DNA from: Takakia lepidozioides
Taxonomy: Eukaryota > Plantae > Bryophyta
DNA: 64,000 nt
Assembly (NCBI GenBank): GCA_030704615.1
Contig: CM060731.1
Span: 90,644,001-90,708,000 of the forward strand
Direction: 5' to 3'
Shown: piece after piece, positions 1 through 12,310 of the stretch
Numbering within the stretch: position 1 is the first letter of the stretch
Layout: the number at the start of each line of letters is the position of its first letter
Program-made: the position numbers and the translations under genes
Notes under the pieces: generated by a model
What the model saw: only the letters and a program-made list of their open reading frames with translations
What the model was told of the DNA's origin: nothing
Databases searched by the model: none

Positions 1-3000
1 AGCTGTCGGAAGATACCATCAGTCGCTTGGTGGAAGCGGTGGTTGCCAAGACTTGCAAGGTAGGCAAATTTTCTTGTGAGTTGTATCAGGAAACTGGCGC
101 CTTGCGTAAAGGGAGTCAGTTATTGTTCGTGGATGGGATAATATCCGAAACTAACGTGTCGTTGTTGGTGGACACAAGAGCGTCGCACTCCTTCATGACA
201 CCGGCAACGGCACAAAAGCTGGGACTCCCGACAAGTGACGTGGGGGCCTCTATTGAGGTGCGTTCTGCCAAAGGAGAACCGCAATTGGCGACAAGGTTGG
301 CGTTTGATGTTCCTCTTCAACTGGGGAGTTGGGAGGGACGTGAAAACTTCACCATCTGCGAGATCGATGGAGTGGATCTCATTTTGGGGATGACATTTTT
401 GAGCAAATCCGGAGCGGTCATAGATGGCCGCAAGAGAGTAGTCACGCTGCCATATGGGAATGGTGGCGAGGTCTTACGAGTGTCGGAAACGCCCAAACCC
501 GTGGGAGGGCGAATAAACCTCCTATCAGCAAGGGAGTGGGCCATGGAGGAGGCACACGAGCCCCAGTTTTTGCTCTACATTAGAGAAGTGAAGGGAGAAG
601 GCGATGGGGAGCCGAGCCCAGATTGGATCAAGGGGATTTTGGAGAAATACCAGGATGTGCTGCGGAGGATTTACCAAGCGGCTTGCCACCGCGAAGAGGA
701 GTTGACCACAAGATTGAGGTGATACCGGGATCGGAACCGCCTGCCAAGGCACCCTACCGGTTGAGCCACAGAGAGTTGGTCGAGCTGAAGACTCAGCTCA
801 AAGATCTAATGTCAAAGGGGTACATCCGGCCGAGTAAGTCACCTTACGGAGCCCCGGTGCTATTCGCAGACAAGAAGGATGGGACGCTGCGGATGTGTGT
901 CGATTACAGGGCTTTGAATAAGGTGACTACCAAAAACCGATACCCTTTGCCAAGGATCGACGACCTTTTTGATCGATTGGCAGGAGCGAAGTATTTCAGC
1001 CGGATCGATCTGCGCTCCGGCTATCATCAAATTCGAGTGGCGGAAGGAGATGAGGAGAAGACCGCGTGCAGGACAAGGTATGGTTCATATGAGTTCTTGG
1101 TGATGCCTTTTGGACTCACCAACGCTCCCACGACCTTTAGCACGCTGATGAACAGCCTTTTCCAGGAGTGGTTGGATGACTTTGTGATTGTGTACATCGA
1201 CGACATCTTGGTGTATTCGAAAACAAAGGAGGAGCACCTGGAGCACCTCAAAAGGGTGTTCCAGAAATTGCGGGAAGGGAAGCTGTATGCCAAAGCTTCA
1301 AAGTGCGAATTCGGAGTCACAAAAGTGGAGTTCCTGGGGCATGTGATTACACAGGATGGGATCACAATGGATGACAGGAAGGTGAGGGCAATCTTGGACT
1401 GGGAGCCTCTGACTTCGGTCCCGGGAGTGCGATCCTTCTTAGGACTTGCCTCCTATTACCGGAAGTATGTGAGAAATTTTGCCAAGATCGCGGGGCCGCT
1501 GTTAGACCTTCTGTGTAAGTCCAAAGTCTGGGCATGGAACACCTTTTGTGGCCAAGCTTTTGCTGAATTGAAGCAGCGGATGGCGGAAGCTCCAGTCTTG
1601 AAAAATCTCGGAGTTCGATCGTCCGTTCGAGATTCATACAGATGCGTCGGACTTCGCGATTGGGGGTGTACTGATGCAAGATGGACGTCCAGTGGCTTAT
1701 GAAAGTAAGAAACTGAATGAAGTGGAGCGACAGTGGCTGACGCACGAAAAAGATATGAAGGCGGTGGTGCACTGTCTTGAGCTTTGGCGCCACTATGTTG
1801 GTTCCAACCCAGTGAAGGTGTTCACGGACAATGTCACGGTGAAGTATTTTGCCACGCAGCCCAAGTTGTCCCCAAAACAACTTAGGTGGCAAGATACTTT
1901 GGCGGTGTTCGACGTGGATATCCAATACAAACCGGGACGGGACAACGTGGTGGCCGATGCTTTAAGTAGAAAGCAGCAGCTCATGTTGGTGTACAGGGGC
2001 GAGACGGCGCTCCAAAGGAAGATCCGGAAGGCTTGCCGGAAGGATGAGCTGACGAAGTCCGTGATGCAGGACTTGAGGATGGGGGTTAAATCGCAGAATT
2101 TCAGCTTGTCGATATCGCCTGGGAGGGCAGGTCTCACCACCTGCAATGGTACCAAGCGGCAAAGGGGAATCCGAAGTCTCTACGTGCCGAAGGGAGGGAT
2201 CAGAGATAGCCTCTTGAGAGAATGCCATGATAGCTCGCTTGCGGGCCACGGCGGAGCCAAATGCATTGCGGCACTCTTGAAGAAAGAGCATTTCTGGCCC
2301 AAACTGAGGGAGGAGGCAGAGGAGTATGTCAAGACATGCACCACATGCCAACAAAACCGGAGCGAGTACAAAAAGCAAGCGGGGCTGTTACAACCCTTGC
2401 CGATTCCAGAGGGGACTTGGGAAAGCGTCTCGATGGATTTCATGACTGCTATGCCGTTGTCAAAAGGATTCGATGCAATCATGGTGGTGGTGGATAGGTT
2501 CAGTAAAATGGGCCATTTCATCCTCACCAAGGAGACGGCAACGGCGCAGGAAACAGGGCGACTTTACTTCGCCCACGTCTTAAAGCATCATGGAGTCTCG
2601 AAGGATATTGTCTCGGACCGCGATCCAAAGTTTACGAGTAAATTTTGGAGGGCACTTTGGAAGAAGATGGGGACGAGCCTGAAGATGAGCACCGCCTTCC
2701 GACCTACGACCGACGGCCAAACGGAAAGAGTGAATTCCGTAGTGAAGCAATTCTTGCGGAATTACGTGTCGGCAGACCAATCAGACTGGATGAAACACTT
2801 AGACGCGGCAGAGTTCTGTTATAATAACACAGAACACTCCGCAACGGGAGTTTCCCCTTTTGTATTGGTCTATGGAAAAGCACCTCTGGTGCCGACAAGT
2901 TGGGCCGCCCAGGACGTTGAGCAACCGGCAGTAGCGGCGGTACTGGAAGAACGCGAGCGTTTGTTGAAGCTCGCAAAGTACAACATTGCCAAAGCCAGGA

Positions 3001-5117
3001 AACGATATGAAAGGCAGGCGAATCGGAAGCGGAGGGAAGTGAAGTTTGAGGCAGGCACGGAGGTCTGGTTGAACATCAAGAATTTCCGACTACCTCCGGA
3101 AGTGAGTCCAAAGTTCGTACCTCCGTATGCGGGACCCTTTCGCATCCGGAAGGTTATGAATGAGGATGTGTATGAATTGGAGCTGCTGGCAAACAGCAAG
3201 GTGCATCCAGTATTCCACGTCTCCCTTTTGAAGCCTTACTTCAAAGATGAAGCGCGTCCGAATCGGCATCAAGTGTTGCGTCCGCCACCTGTGCTGTTGG
3301 ATCATGAAAATGAACCTGAGTACGAGGTGGAGGCAGTACTTAAGTCGAGGAGGTTCAAGAACCGAGAAACGGAGTATCTCGTCAAATGGAAGGGCTATCA
3401 TCATGTGGAGGCATCTTGGGTGCGTGCCTCAGAAATGGGAAACGCATCCGAGGCGGTTGCAGTTTTCGAAGGGCGACCTCAAAAGCGGAAGAAGCGTTGA
3501 TGGGGACATCAACCTTGGAGCGTGGGGGAGGAAATGCATGCTTAGCCCGGCTTAGCTAGCTTAGGAATCCGATTGCAAAAACTTGTATTGTACAAAAATT
3601 TGTTATAAAGGAAATGGGTTCCAAATGTTGTGCGTCCTATTTTGTTTGGAATGGTGATGCATGGTGTGGTTGGCTAGTGTGTAGAATGCATGCTAGCTTA
3701 CAAAAGTGGGAGAGGTAAATTGGGTTAATCGTGTGTTTGCGCAATGCCGAAATCAGGTGACTCCCATCCAAGGGGCAAGGAAGCTTGTGCCTTCTTTAGG
3801 AGTTCACGTGCTAGTGCGCACTCGGTGCGTACGCATACTATAACAGCGCTACCGAGGAGGTTGCTTTGTAGTGCGGGCTAACGCGGAAGCTACGTGCTTC
3901 CGTTCACGTACTATAATCGTGTAACCTCGGGACGAAGTCGTAATGCGGCTTCGGCGTGTTCCCGTACCTCAGGCCAGCATTCCAAGGCAGACCCAATTGT
4001 AGTGATTGGGGCGCGCGGTTGGTTCAAGGTTACCTTCCTAGTCAAAGAGGGTTCGAGGTGAACCCTTGCTCAAGGTGATGCCAAAAGCGGCATCATGAGC
4101 GGTCGCACGCAATGTTGTGCAGTAAGGTGATTTGATCCTCGGGGAGGATCGTTCCTTGGCCTTGAAGTAGGCCAAGAAGAGTGCACTGGGAGGAGCTTGA
4201 GAGGCTCCACCCTTGGCCGGGACTTGGAGGAAGTCGGCCGAAATAGCTAGTGGAGAGTAGAGTCAAGTGTGGGGTTTGGTTCTTTGCCATGGGACGCCAT
4301 GGTACGGAAACAAACTCCTTGATGTGGGACGCCACAACTTGGATGTTCGTTTCCACAAAATGGACAAGCCGATGAGGACATCGACTCCCTGTTGGTAGGG
4401 GTGTGTTTGCCTTGAGGGCAGGGGGTCGGGACACAAGAGGGGCTGCCCCTGTGGTAGGGGCAGTGGCAGCGATAGGTATGGGAGGCTGAAGCACCCTTGA
4501 GTGCCCAAGGCACTCAAGGAGGCGGAGGCGCTCACTAGGTGGAGCCCCGCACACCGGGTTGCGGTGGGGGTGGCTCCACAAGGGGTGGTGGTAGCTTAGC
4601 GGGACTTAGTAGGGGTGGCATAGGACTCACCCTGGGGCGGAGACTGTGGTGGGGGTCGTGGGGAGTCTTGGGACTCATCACGGTCCATACGGGCCGTGGT
4701 GGGTGGGCCAAGACTCACCGCGACTCATCACCGGGAGTCAAGGGTGTTCGTGGTGGTTCGCCATAAAATGACATGGTTGTTTGTGAAACCCCCGCGGACA
4801 GTTACAGAAGTATATATAGGGAGTAGTAACCCCGAGAACGGTGCAAGCCCGTTGGTGACCAAAAACTAGTGAGTAAGCGAGCGAGCCGGAAAGCGACCAA
4901 AGAGTGGGGAGCTATTCCGGACTGCCAACTACCAAAGGGAATTCTGCTGGTTCCAAATCGTTGGAGGGTTCTTTGGGAGATCAAAGGGGGACCGTTATGC
5001 CCCGGTGAGCAGCCGGAGCTCCAAGTTGGCCGGACGGCCAGGTTGGGAGTTAGGCGCACGCATCAAGCGAGTAACTATGACTTGAGGGGGGAGCTTACCG
5101 AAGTGAGGTGCGCGACA
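1..5117 (+). mobile_element. Ty3/gypsy chromovirus LTR retrotransposon (window starts inside it): protease-RT-RNaseH-integrase-chromodomain, then 3' LTR
   Basis: ORFs 27-722 (LVDT protease), 623-1702 (YIDD RT) and 1674-3500 (RNaseH, H-H-C-C zinc finger, SMDF/SDRD/GQTE integrase, GPF motif, chromodomain YEVEAVL..EYLVKWKGY). Frameshifts near 660 and 1605. Confidence 0.95.
3535..5117 (+). repeat. 3' LTR of the first gypsy element
   Basis: Follows pol stop and polypurine tract (GGAGCGTGGGGGAGGAAA). Begins TG, ends ...GCGCGACA, TATA-like TATATATA at ~4811. The 5' LTR is outside the window, so the end is inferred. Confidence 0.65.
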
Positions 5118-8019
5118 CTGCAGCTGCAGCGGCACAGTTCATAAAACCAGGCACCTCAACCATGACCACAGCTTCTGAAAGAGGATCAAGAGAGGGAGTC
5201 CACAATCCCTCTTCTGGCACTTCTGGGCATGTCAAGATGCTTTGCGGCAGGCAGACTGACAGAGGCTCTACAGACTTTAAACCAATGAGGCATTTCAGCA
5301 GATTCAGGTATGTATGTCTGTCCTTTGCTTAAGTGCATCAAGATGGAAGGTCTGGACGCTGATCCCTGGCAAACGCCTTCACAATATTTGGACCCTCTGC
5401 CTCCTCTTGGCTTAGTGATAAACACCGTAAACAAGCCCGAAACTCTAAATTGTACATCCTCCATCCGGGAAATCCACATTGCTTCTTTCAGACAGATGAA
5501 CTGAGTCGTGGTATGATTCAATTATTGATAAGGAACTCAATCCGTATTGATATGCTTTGAATTGAGTTATATAAAGATCTAATTGTCTTCTTCTCTCGAT
5601 ATTGCTTAAGGCTTGTTTAAAATGGAGGGCAAGAAGACGGGAGCCTCTCTAAGCTTGAAAAGAGAGGCACTTGACTAGCTGAAGGCCATGGCAGAGAAAT
5701 ACGCTCTGCCTAATGTAGGTAAGCCCTGTCTTTACAGTGCCCTTCATATATTTCCAGAGCTAGATAGTTTTGTCCTAAAATTTTGAACATTCTTGATCTG
5801 GTGATGATCATAGGCAAGGCACTCCCTATTGTGATACTGTATGCGAAGCAGTCGAATGACGACATAGCGATTTCAGCAAAGGTTCGTGCTTGAAGACACC
5901 TCAACAATGTTAGATCTTCCAACTAGGTTGCAAGATCAACGTGAGACAACTTGACCTATGGGAAGGAAATTCTGCACAGATTTCTGCTGGTGATCTGCAA
6001 TATGTCAGCACCAAGGGTTGCCTGGAGAGATCCTGGCTGTTTGAGCGGCTCAATCAGACTGCCTGTATAGAGTTCTGGTTGATTAGTCGTGCATTGTGTA
6101 TCTCTCATTGGTGCAACTTGCTGGTGACACAGGTGCAAAACACAACTGAAGTGACCTTGTGACAAGCTTTCAAAAACTTGACGATGTGGTGATTTCCCAA
6201 CCTAACTTTTCTGGTTCCTTTTCCCAACGAAAGTGCTCATCCTCTAGTTTGGACCACCATTATAACCTGGTTTCCTTCATGAACGTTGTTCTTCTGTGTG
6301 TTGAAATTTTGGGATTTTGCATGGTTAGTAATCTGCACATTGGCGAAGGTGCATTCCTAGCTAATGCTTGGCAATGCTTACTTTGATGGGGTGCTGGATG
6401 GAACTGTAGCCTCTTGCCCTCAGTAATGTTGTTACACTTCTATGGCCTGATGGTGTCACAATTTGTCAACCAAATCCCGTTGTATCCATGAAGCACTCCA
6501 CTCTTGCTCTCGCATAAATTCATAAGCTAATTGACGTAAGGCCATGACAGAATAATAGAATACATGGCAAGTAGAGTTCATATATAGTGCATTTTGTTCA
6601 GTGATTGCTTAGTATGCTACCAAACTGTTGACCGGAAATTTTCCTGCAACATGTAGGAAGAGGAGAAGAAGAAGAAGGACAACTTTGGTGTTTATCTTTT
6701 CAGATTTATGATGCATGGACCCCTTATCCAGAGGGCATAGGACATGTTAGCCTAGGAAAGGGCACCCTAGATATGTTATTGGGTGAGTTCTAATTCCCAT
6801 TTGTTCACACTTATATCACCAGCAGACCCTTAGTTCTTCTAGGAGCAATCCATGTACTAAGTTAGTAGGTTACAAATTTTATGGATCATTTGAAGCTGGG
6901 TTGCTGGAGGCCAGTCACTGACCTCCAGCAGTCCTACCCACCACCACATGGCTATTTGCTGAAAGCTTGTTGACACAAAGGTACTGTACATGTAAATCTT
7001 AGGGACCATGTCTGACAATGAGATTTGACTCCTGATGGAGTTGATTCCATCGAGGGAATTAGGTGCACAATGCATCATGTGAAGGGGACTGGGAACCTAA
7101 TTTCATTAGATATCTTGAAATGTTTTTGGCTGTGTGGGCTCAGCATATCAAGTAGTTGGAAGGTCTGGTTTTAAAGTATGAGCTTGGCAGCAAGGACAAG
7201 GTGAGAACTCTTTCCTTCTCTTCATAGTGCATGTTGTTGTTTAATTCATCCTAGAGCTTATTTTGGAACTATTTACAAGTAGGCCACATTGCAAGAGGAT
7301 GAGATTTGGTTGCTTATTGCTATTCAGTATCTCAATAATATATAACCATACCTGCAGGCTGCAACCCTTCCAAACAAATTAGAAACAGGAGAAATGTGTT
7401 GATTTCTTTTCCCTCCTTTTAATTATGAGGTTTGTGCTTAAATGCAGAGGCATCTCAAAGGAAGGCTGCAGACAAATTATATGGTCTTTGCTTGCTGCAT
7501 GGGTTCAGGAGGAATTTAGCTGCATTTTTCTACCCTAGTCTGCACCATGTTGATACCTAGGTGTTCACAAAACTAGGTACCTTCTTCTTCTGATATTAAT
7601 GTCCTCTTATCAGAGCAATGGAGAGTAGGAAGAGAGGGCACGAGAGGGCAGAGAGCATTTTTCCATTGTGTTTCCAGCCTCATGACAATTGGTTTGCTTG
7701 ACTTTTGTAGGTCAATTTGAGATGGAGGAAGCTTTTGAAGTGAAAGTCATACTCGTAGATGGAGATGAAACAGAAAGTAGGGCTGGTTCTGTTTTCGGTG
7801 CACATGGTGCTACTTACAAAAGTATCCGATCAAAAAATACAGGGTGATGAATTACTTGTGTCATCAAGTTTTGAAATACATGTTGATGAACTTTCTGACT
7901 TTGTTCTTTCCTGTGATTCTTGCATGTGAATAAAGCATTGATTTGCACAATCATTTTTTGTCACTTTGTTCTTTCTTGTGATTCTTTCTTGTGAATGAGG
8001 TTCTTTTGATTCAATGTGA

Positions 8020-8666
8020 CATCCTGATGACCAGTAGTTGCTACGCCTGGGTGGGTCATATGGGTTACTGCAGTCAGTAGTAGAATCACTGTAGCAGTAG
8101 AAGTCATGTCCACGACTAGGCTTCTACTATAGGTAGTAAGCAATATCACTTTAACATCACTAAACAACCTCCAATTATACATTGACATGTGTCATATCCA
8201 ACCAAAAACACCTGGCAACGAGCTCCCATAAGCATAGTCGTGGTTTTGACTGTGAAATACATTTAAAAGTTCAAAACAAACCCCTCATTATATGCCACGT
8301 GTCCAGATATTAGCATGGTTGTAGTCAGGATAATGACTGCAGATCCTCCTCATGGATATGCCATGTGGCAATTTCGGGAGATGCCATATGGCGCACATCC
8401 ACAAAACCTCCTAGACTTATTAAAAAGAGACAGTGTACAGTTTGCAGCAGCACACTAAGTCATATATAGTAGAAGTACATATGACTGCCACATGACAGTG
8501 AGATGTATCACTTGGTTCATCTGACTGCAGTCATCCATGACCGACCATACTGTACTCATTGTATTCACTTGGTTTGCACGACTTAAAGTCATTGCAGTCA
8601 TATGTACCGTTTATGACTACGGGATAGTCATATATACAGTCATATATACCGCGATATGTTGTAGTG
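8020..8666 (-). mobile_element. Partial non-autonomous CACTA element, same family as 10432-11264, inverted
   Basis: Ends in TACCGCGATATGTTGTAGTG; ~8490-8666 is the reverse complement of ~10432-10610; many ATGACT/AGTCAT subterminal motifs. Left boundary approximate. Confidence 0.75.
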
Positions 8667-9229
8667 ATGGGGATTTTTTGTTTTGGATGAGAGATGTCAA
8701 ATTGTGATAAGAAAAGGCTTGTGAGTCATGTGCGTTCTAGGGGTGACGAGGTGTTGGGATAATTTGGCAGGTCGGTTTGTATGCTAATTTTCATTTGGCG
8801 TAGGATGAGTAGTGTGCGTGCAGTAGGGGAGTGTAGGCAGGCCTGTGGGTGCAAGGATGATAGTGAGTAAAGGCCAGCTCCCAGGTTTCATTTAAAATGT
8901 AATAGGCATGTATAGTAGAATGTATAAATATATGGCTTAATATTAAAATAAAAGAGTAACCTCCAAATATAATTCAATGTTTCATAATATTTTACAATAA
9001 TTTTTTTCAGAGGGAAAATATTCTTATTACAATAGACTATATATTTTTTGGATTTTATTTGGTGCAGTCACATTTTTCAATCCTGGTTAAAGACTTGAAG
9101 CAGCCCAAAATGATGCGAATAATAACGTCATAATAATTTGAGTACAATGAGTTGAGTTGAAAGCATGTGATTTGGCAAATGTAGAACCATTCACATGTAT
9201 ACAAAACAAATACAAACATCAATAAACAA

Positions 9230-9480
9230 AATTCTAGCGACGACCGAAGGTCGGAAGCTAGTTTAGCGTAGAGCAGGAATAGGGTGCTATAGTGCCACGT
9301 CATCATCACCACGTTTCGTAGCCACATCATCGTCGCCACGTTTCGTTGACAATTTTTTTGGGGTCTGCCCGGACTGCCCGCCAGGAAAACCCCATAGCGT
9401 CAAGTTTTTTCGGAGCGTGCCCGGACTGCCCGGTTCTTGAAGTTCTTGAACTTCATAAACTGCAAGAGCTATGCATTTTC
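9230..9480 (+). repeat. Dispersed repeat or TE terminus; inverted copy at ~56810-56970
   Basis: Both copies share hairpin-like GACCGAAGGTCGG..CTAGTTT, AGCAGGAATAGGGTGC..AGTGCCAC and TGCCCGGACTGCCCG. Confidence 0.6.
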
Positions 9481-9761
9481 CGCCATCGTTCACCTTGCAA
9501 GCTCTCAACAGTTTCACTGCTCAATGCAAACCGTGGCTTTTCTCTCACTCGATTGACTTCGGTTTTCCTGCAACGGCTCTGCAGATCACATCAGTTTGTT
9601 TGCTTAGGCTTGTGATCGCCGTCACTAATCAGCGTCCCACATTGCACTAATTTCGCAAGTCGAGGCTTCTCATCGCTTCTACCCAATTCCAGTTGTCTGC
9701 TTATCGGTGCGAACTTCGCTGATCTGATCTTTGCAAATTCAGCATCAACCGTTCGCTGATT

Positions 9762-10075
9762 GCTGTGCATAAGGCATCAAGGTGAGAGATGGATTGTTCC
9801 TGGGATGAAATTGCCAAAAGGATGTGTGCTAAAGAAAACATTCGTCTTCTTAGGCTTTGTGGCCATAAACCCTGTTCTTGCTGTGGAGAGAGGAGAAATG
9901 AAAGGAGGAGAAACCCAGTTCTGTGCAAATAAGGCATCAAGGTGAGAGATGGACTGTTCCTAGGATGAAATTGCCAAAAGATGTGTGCTAAAGAAAACGT
10001 TCGCCTTCTTAGGCTTTGTGGCCATAGACCCTGCTCTTGCTTTGGAGAGAGCAGAAAGGAAAGGAGGGGAAACCT
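9762..10075. repeat. Two-copy tandem duplication of ~158 bp
   Basis: ATAAGGCATCAAGGTGAGAGATGGA...GGAGGAGAAACC occurs twice; the repeat is also visible in ORF 9701-10165. Confidence 0.85.
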
Positions 10076-10204
10076 AGGGGGAGTGTAAAAGGAGACTAGA
10101 AAATAGAAAGATATAATGACCACCACCACAGTCTGAAAGAGTATAGTCTGCCTAGAAAACAACACTCACTTATTGGATCCTACACAATGAGCCAAATTGC
10201 CCTT

Positions 10205-10390
10205 CCACCTCATGGAATAAAAGTACTAGGATTTCACTTGCGCCATAAGCTCCTACTTATACTACACCTCTTAAGTTATTTCACAAAGTCGGACTAGACT
10301 CAAGCTCAACGGGGTCTTATTTCCCCGTTGATTGTTGCAAGCCTGTTCGCTTGGCTATGATTTCGCTAGATAATAAATAGGGACAGTGGA
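10205..10390 (-). pseudogene. Degenerate nuclear 25S/26S rRNA fragment
   Basis: TTCACAAAGTCGGACTAGA.TCAAGCTCAAC.GGGTCTT.TTTCCCCG...GGGACAGTGG is the reverse complement of the conserved LSU rRNA core, with many substitutions. Confidence 0.85.
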
Positions 10391-10431
10391 CGAGGCTGAC
10401 TATCAGTTTCTTTCTGCCTACCTCCTGTGTA

Positions 10432-11264
10432 CACTACAACAGATCGCGGTATTTATGACTGTATATATGACTATTCTGCAGTCATAAACGGTACATATGA
10501 CTTCTATGACTATAAGTCGTGCAAACCAAGTGAATACAATGAGTACAGGATGGTACGGTCCGGATGACTGCAGTCAGATAAACCAAGTGATATCTCTCAA
10601 TGCAGTCATATATACCATACTGCAGTCGCCGCTACCGCGCCACCTGACGAGGCGCAATTGATTAAAAAAATTAAAAAAATAATCAAATTTTTTAAAAATG
10701 ACAAATGCCGTATCGTACCGTGTTGTGCCACGTGGCATAATACATTTTATAATAATGAAAAAAACAACGTGGCAGCCCATCTAAGGTGCCATGTGCTATC
10801 CCTAGCTCGCCTACTAACCCTAGTGCCATCTTATCCATTTGATTGTACTTAGAGGAACGTCCAACCTTTTTACTATAAGAGTTATAGTTCACTACTTGCT
10901 AACCAATACACCCATTAGTCATTTATATGATCATATGGTGTTTTAATTGTATTATACACACCAAATTACAAAATCCCTAGTAGTCATCATGACTATGTAA
11001 CCTCATCCATGTACATTGTAGTAATGGAAATGACTATCAGTGGTGAGCTAAATCTGGTCAATTGTCGTTGATTAGCCTTCCGCCCATTCTGGAGCCATGT
11101 AGTCATACAGACGACTACTTAGAGAGTCGTTTATATGACTACAGTCGTATGAACGACTGCGGGAGGTCAATTTCATATAAAAACATAGTGCAGTCATAGT
11201 CAAAGTCAAGAAAACCATGACTACCACGGTTTGGCAGTCATAATTACCGCGATCTGTTGTAGTG
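10432..11264. mobile_element. Complete non-autonomous CACTA element (833 bp)
   Basis: 20-bp TIR CACTACAACAGATCGCGGTA / TACCGCGATCTGTTGTAGTG; 3-bp TSD GTA on both sides. Confidence 0.93.
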
Positions 11265-11299
11265 GTATAGTCTAGATGATATCTGAAAATCCCTCAATA

Positions 11300-11700
11300 G
11301 AGCCATTCTTTGGTGGTGGGAGCTGAGAGAAATTCTTCAGCATTAATCCCTCTACAGTGCAAAAATTAAGTGAGATCCAAAGCTTTACGTTTAGCTGTTT
11401 GAACCACATTTGTCTATGTGCATCCGAGTTACAATTGAAGCTGGCAGAAAGTCAGGGTTGCCAGACTCGCACACGCCTTAAGAACACAAATGAACATGAC
11501 CTTATCAGGTATCACCCCTTGTTGTATCATTTGTTCATAGACCTCAATGGCATTCCTACCACGACCATACTTGGTATAATCTGCCATCATTATAGTCCAC
11601 GAAAACATATCTCGTTCAGGCCTTTTGTCAAACACACGGTGTGCATCGTCATCGTCAACACTGCACCGTTAGTAGTCCTTAACACCTGTAGTTGTTGAGA
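11300..11700 (-). pseudogene. PLS-class pentatricopeptide repeat gene fragment
   Basis: VFDKRPERDMFSWTIMMADY..G.G..AIEVYEQMIQQGVIPDKVMFICVLKACAS is a typical PLS PPR motif; truncated. Confidence 0.85.
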
Positions 11701-11789
11701 ATTTTTGTTTTGAACAGATGTTGAAGGACCATCCAGAATCTCTTGTCATTATCCGGTATTTGTTTCTGCCATTAGAGCAACCTCAGAGT

Positions 11790-12310
11790 CCAAATCCACG
11801 TACATGCGTACAAGATTGCTAGAAAACACTATGACAGAGCTTACCCAAAAGGTCAACGATAAGACGGACGAGTCTCTGAGAAAATATGGAAGCACTATAT
11901 GTGCCAATGGATGGAGTTCTGTTACAAACAGACCATTGTTCAATGTCATGCTCGTATGTCCAGCTGGGGAACATGCTTGGGATCGGTGGACACTAATGGC
12001 GAGAAGAAAGATTGACGTTATCAATGTGGATTGACGGACGGACTTCATCAAATAGATCGGAAGTGATAGAATTGTGCAAATATGCACGGACAATGTCGCT
12101 AACATGATGAACACTGTAGACATGTTATTGGCACGATATCCCTATATGTACTACCAAGGCTGTGCAGCTCATATCTTTGACCTCCTTGGAAGATTGGGGA
12201 AAAAAACAGTGGGTGAAACAATTTGTGCGGTGAGCGAGATCGTTGTGTCGTTCATCCGCACACACCACATTACTTTGGCAATATATAGGAGGCATGAACC
12301 AAAATACAGC
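11790..12310 (+). mobile_element. hAT transposase fragment (DUF659-type), cut by an LTR insertion
   Basis: G.TIC.NGWS....RPLFNVM, VQICTDN.ANM, CAAH..DLL; frameshifted. Confidence 0.8.

Noticed and set aside
5120-7950. Exon-like patches after the first LTR
   Set aside because: Could not be assembled into a recognisable protein.
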